Origin: Chiloscyllium plagiosum
Lineage: Eukaryota
Direction: 5' to 3'
Assembly: GCF_004010195.1 (NCBI RefSeq)
Contig: NC_057756.1
Span: 1,340,672 to 1,404,671, forward strand
DNA: 64,000 nucleotides
The position numbers and the translations under genes were made by a program. The notes beneath the pieces were generated by a model that saw only the letters and a list, made by a program, of their open reading frames with translations, was not told where the DNA came from and made no database searches. Of the stretch, positions 63,793-64,000 are shown in pieces (within the stretch, counting starts at the first letter, position 1; every line of letters begins with the position of its first letter).

Positions 63793-64000
63793 ATAAATAC
63801 GTTGTGTAGCTCCTCCAGCTTACGTATTTTCAATCTCAGGTGAAGAATGGGCTTTTATATTCATGCATATGGACTTTTACACCACTCCACTCTTTTTATA
63901 TGTTTACTTGAATGGTTATGAACACAGATTTGCAGTGGAAGGAGAAATGTGTAACGTCGTTTTAAGACGCTGTATGATCTGTTTCTGATATGTCATTCCT

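Overview
AT-rich, repeat-dense vertebrate genomic DNA, almost certainly from a cartilaginous fish. HE1/V-SINEs, HER1-like CR1 LINEs and shark-type Penelope terminal repeats are recognisable; the HE1 subfamily suggests a carpet or bamboo shark, but that is tentative. I found no intact cellular gene, rRNA/tRNA gene, CRISPR array or convincing Ig/TCR segment, and nearly every long ORF in the track is a retroelement remnant or its antisense shadow. The window holds four decayed Ty3/Gypsy LTR retrotransposons of the Gmr1 type. Two retain enough pol to show integrase before RT; one keeps a 4-bp TSD and a tRNA-Pro PBS. It also holds about eight CR1-clade LINE pieces, five HE1 SINEs plus other SINEs, a Tigger/pogo-like MITE and many Penelope-like (PLE) relics. 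The most interesting structure is a set of three short TSD-flanked, inversion-bearing PLE-derived insertions carrying minimal hammerhead ribozyme motifs. One (42575-42794) is an 81-bp-arm palindrome with an intact catalytic core. In two of the three, the inversion junction falls inside the ribozyme core. A strong orphan splice acceptor at 53647 opens a speculative peptide-precursor-like frame. Boundaries of old repeats are estimated by eye and family names come from recall of consensus motifs, not from a database search.
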